From the NCBI GenBank assembly GCA_003707115.1, contig PPNB01000023.1:62001-126000 (forward strand): a DNA stretch of 64,000 bases, written 5' to 3'. Shown piece by piece: positions 1 to 10,726 of this stretch; position 1 is the first letter of the stretch, and each line of letters starts with the position of its first letter. Source of the stretch: Tortispora ganteri (taxonomy: Eukaryota). The notes under the pieces are model-generated. The model saw only the letters and a program-made list of their open reading frames with translations, was not told the origin of the DNA and did not search any database. Position numbers and translations under genes: made by a program.

Positions 1-1774
1 CATATAGTCCCTTGGTCTTCCATAAGCGAAGTGTTTGACTAACCTTGAGAGCCAGAACCGGTTCGCACCAGCCAATTATGCGACCATCTAACTGCACTGA
101 GAAGTAATCGTTTCTGGGAGGAATCACATCAGGATCAATGACGCCTAACGAGAAGAGCAGCTTAGGGAGCTTAGAGACATCGCGCTTAGTTGTCACAACT
201 CGGCATTTGTGCGCCAAATGATTAAGCAAACCACACGGAGAACCGTCTGGAGTGTGTACAGGACAGAGGAACCCCCATGATTCGGGTAGCAGCTTACGAA
301 CAGTAGTGGTTTTGAGCTGTGCAAAGAAAGAACCTCGATGTACCATTCGAAAATGCGATATGAAACGATAGAAATTGATCTTCTCGGCGACAACTGTGTA
401 ACCGGAAGTTTGCTGCAAGTCAAGACCAGATTGTGAGACTAAATTACCCGTGGAAAGAAAATAAGTAAGTTTCGTGCCGATAGGCTCTTTGCTTCTGAAA
501 ATAGCCTTGCGAATGTAATCGGGGTTAGAGAACTCGACGTTGGCAGATTTCCTTGTAACTTCGGAGCGAATAAAGCCACGAATTCCTTGAAGGTATTCTT
601 CCATTTTCTCTTTAATTATCATACCATACAGAAATCCGCCAAGGAGGACTTCCTGATGTTGAACAGCATCTGGATTATCAGGAGCACAGAAGCCGCCAAC
701 AACAGAGTACAATTTGCGAATCATAAATATGAGCATGCGATATTTGTCAGCGTCTTTATTAAGATGCACGAGAACAATTTTTTTGAGTAGTAATTGACCA
801 ATTTCGTAGTCAGACATATCGGGGTCGCCGTTCAGGGCGACACGAAATTTCTTGCCTAGAAAGTTCAGAGTATCCTCCTGTGTATAAAGTTTATAGATCT
901 TGTATGTTTTTAGAAGAAGTTCAACACGGTTTGTTATGAAGCTGTTCTCTGTGTCGTTTCCCACAATGCGAGTGAATATGTCGCGATCGTTAGTCGGGAT
1001 CAGGGCCCGCAGGATCATCATGACAGGAACAAGGTACTCATTCTTTCGGTAAGAGAATCTGAAGGTGATATTTCCGTCTTCGAGATAATGAAGCACATTG
1101 GTTTGTGAGGTTTGATCAGGGCGGACTGAGCGGATTTGCACACCAAATTTTGAGTAGTTCTTGCCGCGGTTTGTGAACGAAGGCCTGACAATAGCAAGAG
1201 GAATGTTGCGGCGCTGAACAATGAGCATACGGATGAGCTTTTCAATGCCATTGACAATAAAATATCCGCCGAGCTCCTCTGCCTCTTCGCGCGCCTGTAC
1301 CAGCTGGTACGGGGACATCTTCTGGAGGTGACACTTATTCGACTTGAGCATTATGGGGATCTGACCACAGTCACGAGCAAGGCGGTGGACTTCTCCTGAA
1401 TCATTGACCTGATAACACAAGTTAAGAGTAATAGTTGAGCGGTAAGTTATGAGACGTTCTCTGCACTCTGCAGGTAGGAGACGGCGATCAGACTCGATTG
1501 ATTCTGCGTCATTGTTTGTCGGGTGTGATATATGTACAGACTCAATCCAGAACGAGACCTTATTGCCTATCTTTCCAGGTTCAGTAGAGTCAAACGCAGA
1601 TATTTTACCGATATCTTTAGCGGCAAGGTCTAGGAGACCTAGATCAGACAGAGCATCGAATGAGCCAATGTGTGGGCTAATGGCATCGTTGAGCAATGGG
1701 TACGCTGTATTATCTTTCGGAGGATTCTTGAAATATGCCTCTCTCTTGAGAGTGTTAAACGCAGCCGTCGGCAT
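1..1774 (-). CDS. RPA135: RNA polymerase I second-largest subunit, 3' part truncated by the window edge
   Basis: Manual translation from ATG at 1774 gives MPTAAFNTLKREAYFKNPPKD..PHIGSFDAL..ELGGYFIVNGIEKLIRMLIVQRRN..SVRPDQTSQTNVLHYL..PESWGFLCPVHTPDGSPCGLLNHL. No stop lies inside the window, so the ORF track missed it. Confidence 0.96.
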   Translation of the reverse strand, partial: MPTAAFNTLKREAYFKNPPKDNTAYPLLNDAISPHIGSFDALSDLGLLDLAAKDIGKISAFDSTEPGKIGNKVSFWIESVHISHPTNNDAESIESDRRLLPAECRERLITYRSTITLNLCYQVNDSGEVHRLARDCGQIPIMLKSNKCHLQKMSPYQLVQAREEAEELGGYFIVNGIEKLIRMLIVQRRNIPLAIVRPSFTNRGKNYSKFGVQIRSVRPDQTSQTNVLHYLEDGNITFRFSYRKNEYLVPVMMILRALIPTNDRDIFTRIVGNDTENSFITNRVELLLKTYKIYKLYTQEDTLNFLGKKFRVALNGDPDMSDYEIGQLLLKKIVLVHLNKDADKYRMLIFMIRKLYSVVGGFCAPDNPDAVQHQEVLLGGFLYGMIIKEKMEEYLQGIRGFIRSEVTRKSANVEFSNPDYIRKAIFRSKEPIGTKLTYFLSTGNLVSQSGLDLQQTSGYTVVAEKINFYRFISHFRMVHRGSFFAQLKTTTVRKLLPESWGFLCPVHTPDGSPCGLLNHLAHKCRVVTTKRDVSKLPKLLFSLGVIDPDVIPPRNDYFSVQLDGRIIGWCEPVLALKVSQTLRLWKTKGLY

Positions 1775-1979
1775 GAAGTCTCAGCGATTATGGCAGGACC
1801 TTTTTTTCGACTTTTTTTTTTTGTATCCGGTTGGTAAAGTGGAAAAAATTAAAAGATTTGTTTTCTGTAAGTTTAAACAAATTAAGGTTTTTGATGCAGT
1901 CTTTTTGGGAGGTTCATATCATTTAGTAGGGTACTGAGGGCACGCACACCTTCAAGCATTGCATCTGACACGCACACGC

Positions 1980-2525
1980 ATGGCGGCTAAAGATGCTGAC
2001 ATTGCGCGGAATCCGCTCAAGATATTTGGCCAGATAGTGCTCATACAAGGCTTTTACTATCTTTCGGCCAGTATCATGATCGCGTTCATGTGCAGTGTCA
2101 TGAAAGAGACGTTCACACTCGATCTTCTGTTTGGATGGAGACAACTTGATGGGACACGATACTGCGACGTATTGCGACTGATATGGCTAATACAATCTGC
2201 ATTTGTGGCAATGTTCATAATGGTGGTTGTACGGAGGAGTAGACTCATACTAGACTTCACTCTGACTACGTACATCGTGGCAATAGTAGTCTGTTGCATC
2301 TTTTCTGGCGCCGCACCTGCCTCTGTAGCCTATTGGATAATCCAACTGGCAGACATAGCTATCAGTCTGTTACTAGGTACCTGGGCTGCGCGTCAATACG
2401 AACTGCGTGACGAGTTCTTTGGCTCGCATCGAAAACAACGCAGACAGCAACGTCGTCGCGCTGATCGCGACGATGCCGTCGAGCTTGAAGCTCTCGCTGC
2501 ATCTACTGATGTCACACCTTCATGA
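1980..2525 (+). CDS. SYS1: Golgi integral membrane protein Sys1
   Basis: PLKIFGQIVLIQGFYY, VVRRSRLILDFTLT and LGTWAARQYEL motifs; about four TM segments; first ATG at 1980. Confidence 0.85.
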   Translation: MAAKDADIARNPLKIFGQIVLIQGFYYLSASIMIAFMCSVMKETFTLDLLFGWRQLDGTRYCDVLRLIWLIQSAFVAMFIMVVVRRSRLILDFTLTTYIVAIVVCCIFSGAAPASVAYWIIQLADIAISLLLGTWAARQYELRDEFFGSHRKQRRQQRRRADRDDAVELEALAASTDVTPS

Positions 2526-2837
2526 ACCTTACAAATCAAACCTGTCTACGAATCATCTTCAAGATCAAATTCACATAGATATCTACGTCTTACAGCCTTT
2601 ATTTTTTGGCTGGAAACTACGGAAGTTGGGGAAGAGGGGGGGGGGGCGTCCGTGGGGGCCAGCTGTTGCCGGGCCGGATGCGAGGTGGGTGGGTCTTGAC
2701 CCTTGTCTCTCTCTTACACAGATTGACCCACCCTCCAAATTTCACCATCCATCCCCAACATACCTTGTACCTAATCGGCTTCCTGCAATTCCCGCTCATC
2801 GTTTCATAATCGATAGCTCGGTTATGCACTGTATGTC

Positions 2838-3866
2838 ATGCAGAGGTTCGGAGGATTTCCTATTGTCCGTTCTCTCGGCGGCGTCAACCGGCACCCCTCT
2901 TTTCTCCCACCCCTGACCCGCGGCCTGCGATACGTTGTTGATGCTTATTATGCCGCAAAAGAACGCGAAGGGATGCGTGAATACAATACAAAACGTATTA
3001 AAGAACATCGCCCTCTTTCAGGTGAGGACAGCTTTTTTTATTCTCCTATAGACTCTACCGGCGAGATCGCTCTTGGTGTTGCCGACGGTGTCGGCGGCTG
3101 GGCCGATCTTGGCGTAGACCCTGCTGAGTTCAGCTTCGCTCTTACTGACAGGATGGCTGACCGCGCCACAAAAGGTTATCTGTCTGATTCAGAACACCGA
3201 ACAAGTACTGGTACTGCTCCTTTGAGCGCGCTTTCTCTGCTTCGCGACTCTTACGAGTATGTAGTAGACCAGAAGGCAGTTAAAGCGGGTAGCTCTACAG
3301 CTTGCGTAGGGGTAACGCATAAGGACAAGCTTCAAGTCGCTAATATAGGTGATTCTGGATTTTTCATTTGCAGGCAAGGTAAAATTGCCCATGTCTCCTC
3401 TCCCCAATTGCATTATTTTAATGCACCTTTTCAGCTATCGATAATCCCGCAAAAACTTATAGATCAGGCTGAAAAATCTGGTAGAAAACATTTCCAAGAT
3501 TATCCCGACGAATCAGAACTTTCAGTGCACTCTCTTATACCGGGAGATGTGGTAGTTTTTGCAACAGACGGCTTATTCGACAATATGTCTATCACTGAAT
3601 GTCTTGCAATTGTGAGCGAACGAATGCTCGCACACAAATGCTGGGAGCGCCACCCAGAAAAGGGAATCTTGCATAACTCAGAACTCACGAATGAATGCGT
3701 TACGAGTATCGCTATGGCACTTGTCAACAGAGCGCGCACATACAGTCTAGACACGAAAAGAGACAGCCCATTTGCACGCGAAGCGCAAAGGACCGCCCAA
3801 ATATACTACACCGGAGGTAAACCAGACGACATAACTGTGGTATGTATGCTGGTCAAACCGGACTAG
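2838..3866 (+). CDS. PTC7: PP2C-family phosphatase Ptc7/Azr1, with a mitochondrial-type presequence
   Basis: GEDSFF, GVADGVGGW, GSSTAC, ANIGDSG, HYFNAPFQL, ATDGLFDN and GGKPDDITV motifs. Confidence 0.93.
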   Translation: MQRFGGFPIVRSLGGVNRHPSFLPPLTRGLRYVVDAYYAAKEREGMREYNTKRIKEHRPLSGEDSFFYSPIDSTGEIALGVADGVGGWADLGVDPAEFSFALTDRMADRATKGYLSDSEHRTSTGTAPLSALSLLRDSYEYVVDQKAVKAGSSTACVGVTHKDKLQVANIGDSGFFICRQGKIAHVSSPQLHYFNAPFQLSIIPQKLIDQAEKSGRKHFQDYPDESELSVHSLIPGDVVVFATDGLFDNMSITECLAIVSERMLAHKCWERHPEKGILHNSELTNECVTSIAMALVNRARTYSLDTKRDSPFAREAQRTAQIYYTGGKPDDITVVCMLVKPD

Positions 3867-4144
3867 TGCATCTCTCCGTTTACTGATCAAATTTTTTTTT
3901 GAATAATTTATGACCGCACTTTGCAAACGAATCCTTATGGAATAGCTATGATCTGAAATCTCTCCTGTTTCGATAATAAAGTTTTTAGATGACCAATCAC
4001 AGCCATCCGCTATCCAGGGACTCGCACAACGCTCGACTCTCTCGGAAACCACCAACTACTACACCTTAAATCTTCTGATTATAGAAGCTTTTTACCCTCT
4101 CTCTAAACTTGTTAAATACTATTATTCTCTTTCATAAACGTACA

Positions 4145-4598
4145 ATGTCAGGATCTGTGTTGAATGTAAGTGTCAAGTACTTTTTACAAGTCTTTTTTAG
4201 CTTGCTGGAGCGCTATTACGTGCTATGTTTTTTTTCTTGGAGTATCGGTTAAGGTCGGGACTCCGAACAGGTAGCCGTGCACGGAGATTGAGTAGTGATA
4301 TCCTCGAGAAAATTATTCGAAAATGCATAAAAGTTCTTTTTACTAACATATTCAGACTTTGCGATGGTCTGCTTTAGCTGGTGGTGTGGTATATGGTGTA
4401 TTCCACTCTTTTGTTGTCTCTAAGCAGCACCGCGCTTTGGAAGAAAAGCATGCCTATGAGCACAAAGAGAAACTTATTGCTGATGCCAAGGCCGAGTATG
4501 CCAAACTCCACCCGAAGCCTGCTACTTCGTCTGTATCTTTTGATCTGTCGGACCCTAACTTTGACCTCGAAAAGGCGATTACCGCTGCCCTGGCTTAA
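4145..4598 (+). CDS. TIM11: Mitochondrial ATP synthase subunit e (2 exons)
   Basis: Exon 1 4145-4165; intron 4166-4355 (GTAAGT, TACTAAC at 4341, CAG); exon 2 4356-4598. Spliced protein reads MSGSVLNTLRWSALAGGVVYG..EKLIADAKAEY..DPNFDLEK. Confidence 0.9.
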
Positions 4599-4824
4599 AC
4601 TCATCGAAGAAAAGACAAAAACTTTTGTGCAACTTAGCTGACTCGTTCTTATGATCGTGAATTGGATGTACTTTTGTTTCCAGTTTCTGGCTTTATCTTC
4701 CTTTCTATTTCCCGATCCTCTTCCATCGTCACATACTTCTAGTAGGTTTATTATTGTACCACCGTGCAATTATATTTACTAGGTCTTTTTCTTAAGTTAA
4801 ACTGTATCCTTCTGTACAATTTTT

Positions 4825-7800
4825 TCACGTATATTCATAAAACGCTACCTGTTTGAGCGTGTTGCTAATTTGCTGCAGTATTTGTGGCTCTTCAGATTCT
4901 GCAGATTCCACCTTAGATTTCGTGTCTTCACTGTAGCTCCCAAGATTCCTAGCATTTGCAAGGATTTGCGCAGCATTCGCAATTAGAGTGTCTGCCTTAT
5001 CTGCAGGTTCAGAGTCTGATTTTGTGGACTTAATGCTGATATCTTTGCCATTAATTTCGGAGTGAGCTTCTGGCGCAGATTGCTGCGCTAGACAACGTTC
5101 TCGTAATGCCACGATCTGCTGCAACCGCGGTATCCAAGAAACTGCAGCAGATTCGCCAGAATTCCAAACAAGAGCAAGAATACTGGCATTCAAAGCAAGA
5201 TTGCGTACAAACAAAGATAATGATTTTGCAGAAACGACTTTCAAGTCGGTAGCTACACTCCACTTAGGCAAATTCGGTGACACACTCACTCTGACCCTGA
5301 AGTATTCAGCGTTTCCAATCTCCGGTGCATCGTCAGTGCTTTCTGTTTTGTTAGCAGTAGGTTGATCTTGAAAATCTTCTAAAATCAAGTTGTCCTCGGT
5401 ATTAGACAGCACAGAATGTGGCGAAATAATGATATTGATAAAGTTGAACTGGCTCTTAAGTTCAAACTCTGAATTGAAAATCTCTCCAGAGTCGTTGTAG
5501 TAGATATTCACAAAATCATTGCCAATATGTCGTTTCTTGTTGGACGCGGAAGGGTCATGCTCGTAGGAGGGCATCATAGTAGTAATATGGAATACAACCT
5601 CCGTGATCTGGTCACGCCACACGTAGGTGTATTTTCCGTCATAATCTGCTTCAATATCTAACCCACCAGTGTAAATATCTTTGTTGCCTTGAAGTTTTAC
5701 CAAATCACCCAGTCCTTGGGCAAATTTGACATAAGAAGACGATCCTACAGAGTTCTTCAGGTACTCTCCTTCGTCTTTTTGACCGGGACCAATATAGATG
5801 ACTCCTATTTTGTGTAATGCAATAGCAGGCATTCTCTCTAAAATACTAATAGCACGTTTGCTCTGCGCGTCATCAGGTACCAAAATTGGCTTTTCATGCT
5901 CGTTTAATGTTTCTGGCATGACAAGCTGCATTAGCAGGTGGCTAGGCAGAACCAGTTCAGATGTATCGGAATTTATTGGAACTTCTTTTGGAGTCACAAC
6001 ATAAGAGTTCAATCCTGTTGCACGTCTCACAGTTATTTCAGAAACGCCAGTATTAGCTACCGTCTCTATTTGAACCACACTCGTTCCATATACCCAAGTT
6101 CTGGATATGACTTCGGAGTTAGACTGTTTCGCAGCGTAAGTCAGTGTTTCAGAAGGAGAAGATTTACCAACAGACAAAGGCATGTCCGAAAATGCAAACC
6201 GGACAATGAAGTCTACAAAACACCAGGCAAGATTATCCATAGACTCAATCGACTTATCCATTGTGAGGTTCTTCATAATAAAAGACAGCATTGCTTTACG
6301 GTCATCAAGTCTGAGAGCCAAAAACCAAACAGCAATGACATTATAAGCCATAACTTCCAAATAGTTAATAACCCTAGAATCATATTCTGGCCCGGAATAT
6401 CGTGAGACTTGCTCTATATCTTGAGCACTTTGTAGAAACTTGAAAGAAAGACCAAAAATGCGCTTGTAATCTTCCATTGTACAATTGTTCGTTAGATATG
6501 GCACTCGCGATATTGTCGCTAGAAAGTCGACAACTTGAGCGCCTGCAACGTAGCTATTGGCTTTCATTTGCAATTGCGTAAAAATAGACGGTAAAAATTT
6601 CTTTATAGAGAGCGGGATTTCGTATGAACATAATGCCAGAATATTAATTGAAGAAGTTGTGATCTTCTCCCACGAGTTCAATTGCATCACTACAACTCTG
6701 ACAATATCATCCTGCTCCGCCTTGGTGTAGAAGTCGTGATAAGAAAGAAGTGAATTGATAGTTTGTAGCAAGCCGAGCTGAATATCTGAGCGAGTAACAT
6801 TAGAAGGTAGACTGATTTTCATGTCTTTCATGCCAAGTTGGTGACATATAGCTTGGCGAATTCTTCTGACGATATGTATTGAATTCTTGAACATAACCAT
6901 GTTGTTCATTTGAGGGCTGAAGTGAGTGAGTGCGTATGAATACGTGTCCCAGTCGAGACTATTCTCCAGTAAAGATATCATAGTTTCAAACCAGATGTTC
7001 ATGTCGATTGAACAGTAGCGGTCTCGGAACATTAGCATAGTACTGTCGTCGGTGGTGTCATTAGAGCTCGATGGTGTTTCAATAGTCAAAAATCTGCTAG
7101 GCTCCGTAGTATCACCCACATTTATTCCAAAGACATCAACAATTTTTTGTGGTTCATACCAAGTTACAATTGATTTGAGAATCGTGTGCGGATTTCTTGT
7201 TTCTGCAGTCCAGCTGTCAGAAAGATTGGCATTGTATCTGCCTATTACTGTGGAAAATCCCTCTATATCACGAGGGTTTATCACGTATACGTTCCCTGAG
7301 CTCGTTGAACGCAAGTTAAAAAGAAGCCTGAGTGCATATGTCTTCGATTGAACATCCATATTTTGTGGTTGCACTACCAGTACCAACAGTTTGTAAATCA
7401 GTGCAGCTTTCGTGCCATCAACGGGCAGGCAAGTGAGGAATATGCGGCCCAGTGTCCTGACAATTAGCGTAGACCGGCTTAACTGAGAATAGTCCTTTTC
7501 TACAAATTCGTCTGGCTTTTCATTCACCGAAGACTCATCGTCCTCTGGATTCACAGTTAAGTTCTGCAGACCTAAAAGAGTACTTGAGAGGTCACCCTCC
7601 AGCAATTCTTGAGTAATACATCGTGTAAGATTGCTGGAAATCAACTCAAATGGCCTAAATGAAACTTTAAGTGCCGAATCTTCAGCGAAGTTCAACAGAA
7701 ACTCGAGTGCCGACTTGTTGACGTGAGTATAGCAGTCCTTATACAACAGTTCAAGTAAATCAGACAGCATTTTTTCATCTGTAATTTCTGCTGCAACTGC

Positions 7801-9342
7801 TGCAACCTCGGTAATCAAAGCAAAACATGCAGCCGTAACATCACGGTTAAAAGAGTTTCGGCGAATAAATATATTAACAAGTGTTTGGAGGTTCTCGTTC
7901 CAATGGACAGATAGCGGGTTACACAAGTTTTCAACTGTGTAGTAGTCTATTATAAGTCGACAACATTCCGGGTCCAATAGTTTTGGAAACGATATAAGGT
8001 AACGGACAATGGAGTAGAGCGGTCCTCGAAATTTCGGATCTGAGTACAAGTCCTTGCACACAGATATTGCCTGGATAAGGATATTTTTAAGCTCCAAAGC
8101 TTTCTCAGGATTTTGATTTTCTGGTTGGGCCTTTTCGGACGCATCAGACTCAGAAACGCTGAAATGAACCTTGACAGGGCTTTGAAATAAAGGAAACGGA
8201 TTGCGTTCCACTAAATGAGGCGTTAACCAAGCGGCACAGTCAAAGAGAATAGCAAAGGGGGAATGATCTGACGTCCAGTCGTCAAAGAGAGTTTTTTCAA
8301 CTACTTTCGGTTGCGATATCAGCGCCATAGTGCTTCTTGCAATCTGCATGGTTATAGTCGTGCTACTGAAGTTGCCTGCAGCACGGTACGAGATAAAAAC
8401 GGACGAGAAATCAAGGAGATAGTTCGTAGACGAATCTGTATTTTCGAGCAGTCGTTGAAGCACTTCAACAGCTCCCACAATTGTCTTCAAGTTAGGCTCG
8501 ACGTTGTCGGAGGCGTTGCATATCTGCATCAAGGATGTTATCACGTGGTTACCTAATGGGGAGTCGGCAATATGCCAGACAGTGAGCCACATTTGGTCTT
8601 TGAGATGAGGTACTAGACTCGGAACAGCGCATATGACGCGCAAGATGGTATGAACCTGAGAGACCGGGAGCGCACCATAGATGATCAAAGTGCTAAAATA
8701 AGAGACGCACTTTTCTATATCGTCTGCCGAAGAAGTTGAGCGGCAGATATAATGGACGGCCATAATGATTTTCTGGATATGTATCTCTTCGAAGAAGGGG
8801 GCGTTGTACTTGCAACAACTGGACAAAAAGTCGAGGATAGTGTACATTGTCTGGGCGAGGGCGTCTGAGTTACCAGAGGAATGGCGGAGTTCCTGGATCT
8901 GCTCGTAAATACGATCAAGACGGGATACTAAAAAATCCACAAGAGTTACACTGTCTGTGCAGTCGAGATCGGTGAGGTTACGGCCGTTAGAGGTGAGAGC
9001 TGACAGAGCTTGTAGCTGCAAGTCGAGGAGTTGCGGGTGGTCGACGGTGACTATATCCTTGTAGAGAGCAAGACGAGCTCCAGAAGTGATATTACTATTG
9101 TTCAAGAATGCTATAAGAAGCTCGAATGCCCGTTTCCGAGCGTCTATTGGGAACGATGGCTGAAGAAGCTCTCTGCATCGGTACCATATAGATGTAGTAT
9201 TGAGTAGTTGTGATTTCGGCAGGTGGGTAATGAGTTCGGACATGGCCGCCAAACGGTCGTTCAACGGTGTCTCTGGACCAATAGAATTCGATAAAGCATC
9301 TACTGTATCCTTGGCAATCTTGTCCTCGTTAGAGTCCTCCAT
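4825..9342 (-). CDS. TSC2: Tuberin (Rheb GAP)
   Basis: 1505 aa with a helical N-terminus, ITVRRATG, and a C-terminal RapGAP domain (HKIGVIYIGPGQ, IYTGGLD, VFHITTMMP, KKRHIGNDFVNI). Confidence 0.92.
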   Translation of the reverse strand: MEDSNEDKIAKDTVDALSNSIGPETPLNDRLAAMSELITHLPKSQLLNTTSIWYRCRELLQPSFPIDARKRAFELLIAFLNNSNITSGARLALYKDIVTVDHPQLLDLQLQALSALTSNGRNLTDLDCTDSVTLVDFLVSRLDRIYEQIQELRHSSGNSDALAQTMYTILDFLSSCCKYNAPFFEEIHIQKIIMAVHYICRSTSSADDIEKCVSYFSTLIIYGALPVSQVHTILRVICAVPSLVPHLKDQMWLTVWHIADSPLGNHVITSLMQICNASDNVEPNLKTIVGAVEVLQRLLENTDSSTNYLLDFSSVFISYRAAGNFSSTTITMQIARSTMALISQPKVVEKTLFDDWTSDHSPFAILFDCAAWLTPHLVERNPFPLFQSPVKVHFSVSESDASEKAQPENQNPEKALELKNILIQAISVCKDLYSDPKFRGPLYSIVRYLISFPKLLDPECCRLIIDYYTVENLCNPLSVHWNENLQTLVNIFIRRNSFNRDVTAACFALITEVAAVAAEITDEKMLSDLLELLYKDCYTHVNKSALEFLLNFAEDSALKVSFRPFELISSNLTRCITQELLEGDLSSTLLGLQNLTVNPEDDESSVNEKPDEFVEKDYSQLSRSTLIVRTLGRIFLTCLPVDGTKAALIYKLLVLVVQPQNMDVQSKTYALRLLFNLRSTSSGNVYVINPRDIEGFSTVIGRYNANLSDSWTAETRNPHTILKSIVTWYEPQKIVDVFGINVGDTTEPSRFLTIETPSSSNDTTDDSTMLMFRDRYCSIDMNIWFETMISLLENSLDWDTYSYALTHFSPQMNNMVMFKNSIHIVRRIRQAICHQLGMKDMKISLPSNVTRSDIQLGLLQTINSLLSYHDFYTKAEQDDIVRVVVMQLNSWEKITTSSINILALCSYEIPLSIKKFLPSIFTQLQMKANSYVAGAQVVDFLATISRVPYLTNNCTMEDYKRIFGLSFKFLQSAQDIEQVSRYSGPEYDSRVINYLEVMAYNVIAVWFLALRLDDRKAMLSFIMKNLTMDKSIESMDNLAWCFVDFIVRFAFSDMPLSVGKSSPSETLTYAAKQSNSEVISRTWVYGTSVVQIETVANTGVSEITVRRATGLNSYVVTPKEVPINSDTSELVLPSHLLMQLVMPETLNEHEKPILVPDDAQSKRAISILERMPAIALHKIGVIYIGPGQKDEGEYLKNSVGSSSYVKFAQGLGDLVKLQGNKDIYTGGLDIEADYDGKYTYVWRDQITEVVFHITTMMPSYEHDPSASNKKRHIGNDFVNIYYNDSGEIFNSEFELKSQFNFINIIISPHSVLSNTEDNLILEDFQDQPTANKTESTDDAPEIGNAEYFRVRVSVSPNLPKWSVATDLKVVSAKSLSLFVRNLALNASILALVWNSGESAAVSWIPRLQQIVALRERCLAQQSAPEAHSEINGKDISIKSTKSDSEPADKADTLIANAAQILANARNLGSYSEDTKSKVESAESEEPQILQQISNTLKQVAFYEYT

Positions 9343-10266
9343 TGCTTTCAGATCGTTGAAGTAGTTTGCAAGAGTGTAGTTGCACTTACCCGGGATAGGC
9401 CCCCTCCTATTGATAGATGAGAGTCAATGATTTTAGCCGGAACCACGCTAGTCAACACAGTGACGATATTAATATTAGACGATTAAACTGTTAATTTGTT
9501 TTATTGTATCACGAAATTCTTATTATTATGAATTTGTGAAGTTTCGTGGCGTTCTATGAATTCTTTGATCTTACGTTCTGACAAAAAGTTGACTACTTAA
9601 CACCCACACCTAAGGGCCAGATATCACGTGCATCGTACTTAATTTTTGCAATTATACATCACTCGGAATTCTAACGGTTTCAAAATTGTTAGGTAGACCG
9701 TCAAATTGCTCAATTCAGTGATTTCAAGGTCTCCTGATATTTGTCTACAACTATAAGCATAAAGAATGACTGGATCTGGTGATGTGACTCGATTCAAGGC
9801 TTCATCAATGCTGCCTTGATCTTATTCGATGCCGTATTTCTCTGCCAGAAACGCTATGAAATATACCGCATTATTTCATAAGACGGAATTAAACATATAA
9901 TAGCCTATTTAACTTACTATTGACTCAAGCCTTTTGTATTGGCCCAGATGTCTTTCTTCTTAACAGAAGGTTATATCCATCCGAAAGAAATCGACCGCCA
10001 GTACTAGCTTTTTGTGCTTCAGAACCATTTCTTTTAAAGAAAACGTTAAAGAAAGAAAAAGAAAAAGAAAAAAAAGCTTATTAGATTTTCCATCAGTTTG
10101 CTTATTTAGCAAATTAGGAGTCATCAGTATTTGGGGGGTCAACTCGTGGCAGTCGCTGGCCCTTACACCAAAACAGATTACCGTGATGCACACACTGGTA
10201 TCTCATGAATGTCTTTGTAGTCCCTCAAAAGGATTCATAAAGACTGCTATTGTGTCATGCAATATA

Positions 10267-10418
10267 TGTGCAACAATTAGCTTAAACTTCTCGATCTTTG
10301 AACTTTGTGCAACAATGACACCCCTGGTGTCATTGTTTCCTTCCTCATTTGTCGATCGCCGCTTTGTCAAAAGGCCGAAACCTTACCGGCTGCTGCATGT
10401 CTCACTGAAACTGTTTCA
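10267..10418. promoter_or_regulatory. Candidate mating-type/pheromone UAS of STE2 (three AACAAT HMG-type sites and an inverted TGAAAC pair)
   Basis: AACAATGACACC-cct-GGTGTCATTGTT at 10311-10337; TGTGCAACAAT at 10267 and 10306; TGAAAC-T-GTTTCA at 10406-10418. Confidence 0.55.
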
Positions 10419-10726
10419 CAGCTATTAATTCATCATATCTTCACAAACATGTGGACTATAAACTATCAACCATGCAGTACTAGCCCTTACATATCGTCTG
10501 TGGTCTTCATGCAGCCGCTCGCGTCGTTTCGCATCACTCGAAAACCTCCATCGCTGGTTCATCCAGAATAGCTAACCTGCATTAAGATAAGCAACTAAAC
10601 TTTCCTTTATTTGACTTTCCATTTAGGTTGCGGTTTAGCATGCGATAATCTATTCAAAGAAACCCCCATAAAACTACTTATACCTTTCGAGTTTTATCTT
10701 CTTTTCTCAGCTCCACTTCTTCTATA

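Noticed and set aside
1..1774. Apparent gene-free region, or an intein in the polymerase subunit
   Set aside because: It is RPA135 lacking a stop inside the window. Motif spacing looks normal, leaving no room for an insertion.
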